Below, piece after piece: positions 4,704 through 5,121 of a stretch of DNA of 5,121 bases. The position numbers were made by a program, and so were the translations under genes. The notes under the pieces were generated by a model that did not search any database, was not told where the DNA came from, and saw nothing but the letters and a program-made list of their open reading frames with translations. This stretch comes from a virus. The DNA lies in IMG/VR virus record IMGVR_UViG_3300045988_009087, positions 1 to 5,121 of that record; one strand, 5' to 3'. The stretch's first letter is position 1, and every line of letters starts with the position of its first letter.

Positions 4704-4779
4704 CCTTTCTGTAATCTGATGCAATCAACACTAAACTATAAATATTAAGTCCAAGATCCATAAGGATCAGGAAAAACAT
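4693..4779 (-). CDS. Hypothetical 28-aa hydrophobic peptide ORF in the VP3-VP1 spacer (weak call)
   Basis: Hand translation gives MFFLILMDLGLNIYSLVLIASDYRKDGD*. The ATG is at 4779-4777 and the TAA at 4695-4693. It overlaps the VP1 ATG by 11 nt. The only SD-like element (GGAAGG, 4798-4793) is 13 nt from the ATG, which is long. It could be a chance ORF in T-rich spacer. Confidence 0.2.
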   Translation of the reverse strand: MFFLILMDLGLNIYSLVLIASDYRKDGD

Positions 4780-4799
4780 AGCAAAAAGTAAACCTTCCA

Positions 4800-5121
4800 C
4801 TATTCATCACCAACTTTCTTACCAGAGCCAGAATCCGGCTTAGGATCCGGCTTAGGATCCGGCTTAGGATCCGGCTTAGGATCCGGCTTACGAAGAGAAT
4901 CAAGAGCAGAATCGAGCGAACCATCGAGAAAACTCTGAATAAACAGATTAGAATCATAGTTAAACAACTCCTGAACCTCAGACGGAAACTCAGAGAAACT
5001 CTCACGGAACTGCCTTGTCTTCTGCATTGCATCCACAACATCTTTCGGCATCATAGACAGATCCACGCAGTTCTTTTCATCGAAATCAGTAGAGATTAAT
5101 CCAGCCTGTAACTTATCCAGA
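4800..5121 (-). CDS. Internal scaffolding protein VP3, C-terminal part. The true unit is 4800-5066. The frame stays open through 5067-5121, which duplicates 1-55.
   Basis: The TAG stop is at 4802-4800. The track's 'M' at 5066 is a GTG inside a longer open frame, not the real start. The sequence is ...CVDLSMMPKDVVDAMQKTRQFRESFSEFPSEVQELFNYDSNLFIQSFLDGSLDSALDSLRKPDPKPDPKPDPKPDPKPDSGSGKKVGDE*. Confidence 0.8.
   Translation of the reverse strand, partial: LDKLQAGLISTDFDEKNCVDLSMMPKDVVDAMQKTRQFRESFSEFPSEVQELFNYDSNLFIQSFLDGSLDSALDSLRKPDPKPDPKPDPKPDPKPDSGSGKKVGDE
4833..4890 (-). repeat. Perfect 12-bp tandem repeat (about 4.8 copies) encoding the (KPDP)n tail of VP3
   Basis: The unit atccggcttagg occurs at 4833-4844, 4845-4856, 4857-4868 and 4869-4880, plus 10 of 12 nt at 4881-4890, with no mismatch. 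On the coding strand it reads AAG CCG GAT CCT. The repeat creates four GGATCC sites at 4843, 4855, 4867 and 4879. Confidence 0.95.
5067..5121. repeat. Terminal direct repeat, copy 2 (identical to 1-55)
   Basis: See copy 1. The match is exact over 55 nt. Confidence 0.95.

Noticed and set aside
4704-4799. A search for a promoter in front of the capsid gene (TTGGAC, TATAGT and TAATAT elements on the minus strand).
   Set aside because: No -35/-10 pair has acceptable 16-18 nt spacing. For example, TTGGAC is only 8 nt from TATAGT. VP1 is more simply explained as transcribed from the promoter at 673-700, through the VP5-like gene and VP3.
4745-5041. A 98-aa minus-strand ORF with (SRIL)5 repeats.
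   Set aside because: It is an alternative reading frame of the same 12-bp tandem repeat and overlaps the VP3 3' part. The VP3 frame has the conserved scaffold-like motifs and continues correctly across the circular junction, and this frame does not.

Overview
This window is a complete, circularly closed genome of a gokushovirus-like member of the Microviridae (small ssDNA phage). It is AT-rich. Bases 5067-5121 repeat bases 1-55 exactly, so the unit genome is 5066 nt. All credible genes lie on the minus strand, so the sequence is given as the complement of the coding (viral-sense) strand. Read along the minus strand, the gene order is: major capsid VP1 (4703->2991), DNA pilot/minor capsid VP2 (2808->2137), an accessory XRE-type HTH protein (1996->1751), replication initiator VP4 (1730->708), a 39-aa highly basic J/ORF8-like protein missing from the ORF track (636->517), a VP5-like 98-aa protein (520->224), and the internal scaffold VP3 (252->1, continuing 5066->4800 across the circular junction). 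Most genes have Shine-Dalgarno sites of the AAAGGAG/GGAGG type, and one near-consensus extended -10 promoter sits just after the rep gene. I saw no rRNA, tRNA, CRISPR array, transposase or integrase. Six things deserve follow-up. (1) An orphan antitoxin-style HTH gene is inserted between VP2 and VP4. (2) The 140-nt non-coding region upstream of it carries three perfect hairpins, and the strongest shows a phiX174-origin-like ACTTGAT in its loop on the viral strand. (3) VP3 has a perfect 12-bp tandem repeat encoding a (KPDP)n tail. (4) VP2 contains five tandem 11-residue repeats. (5) There is an unannotated small basic gene. (6) Two weak candidate membrane-peptide ORFs exist in a virus group with no known lysis gene. 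All family assignments come from motif recognition by eye. No database search was run.
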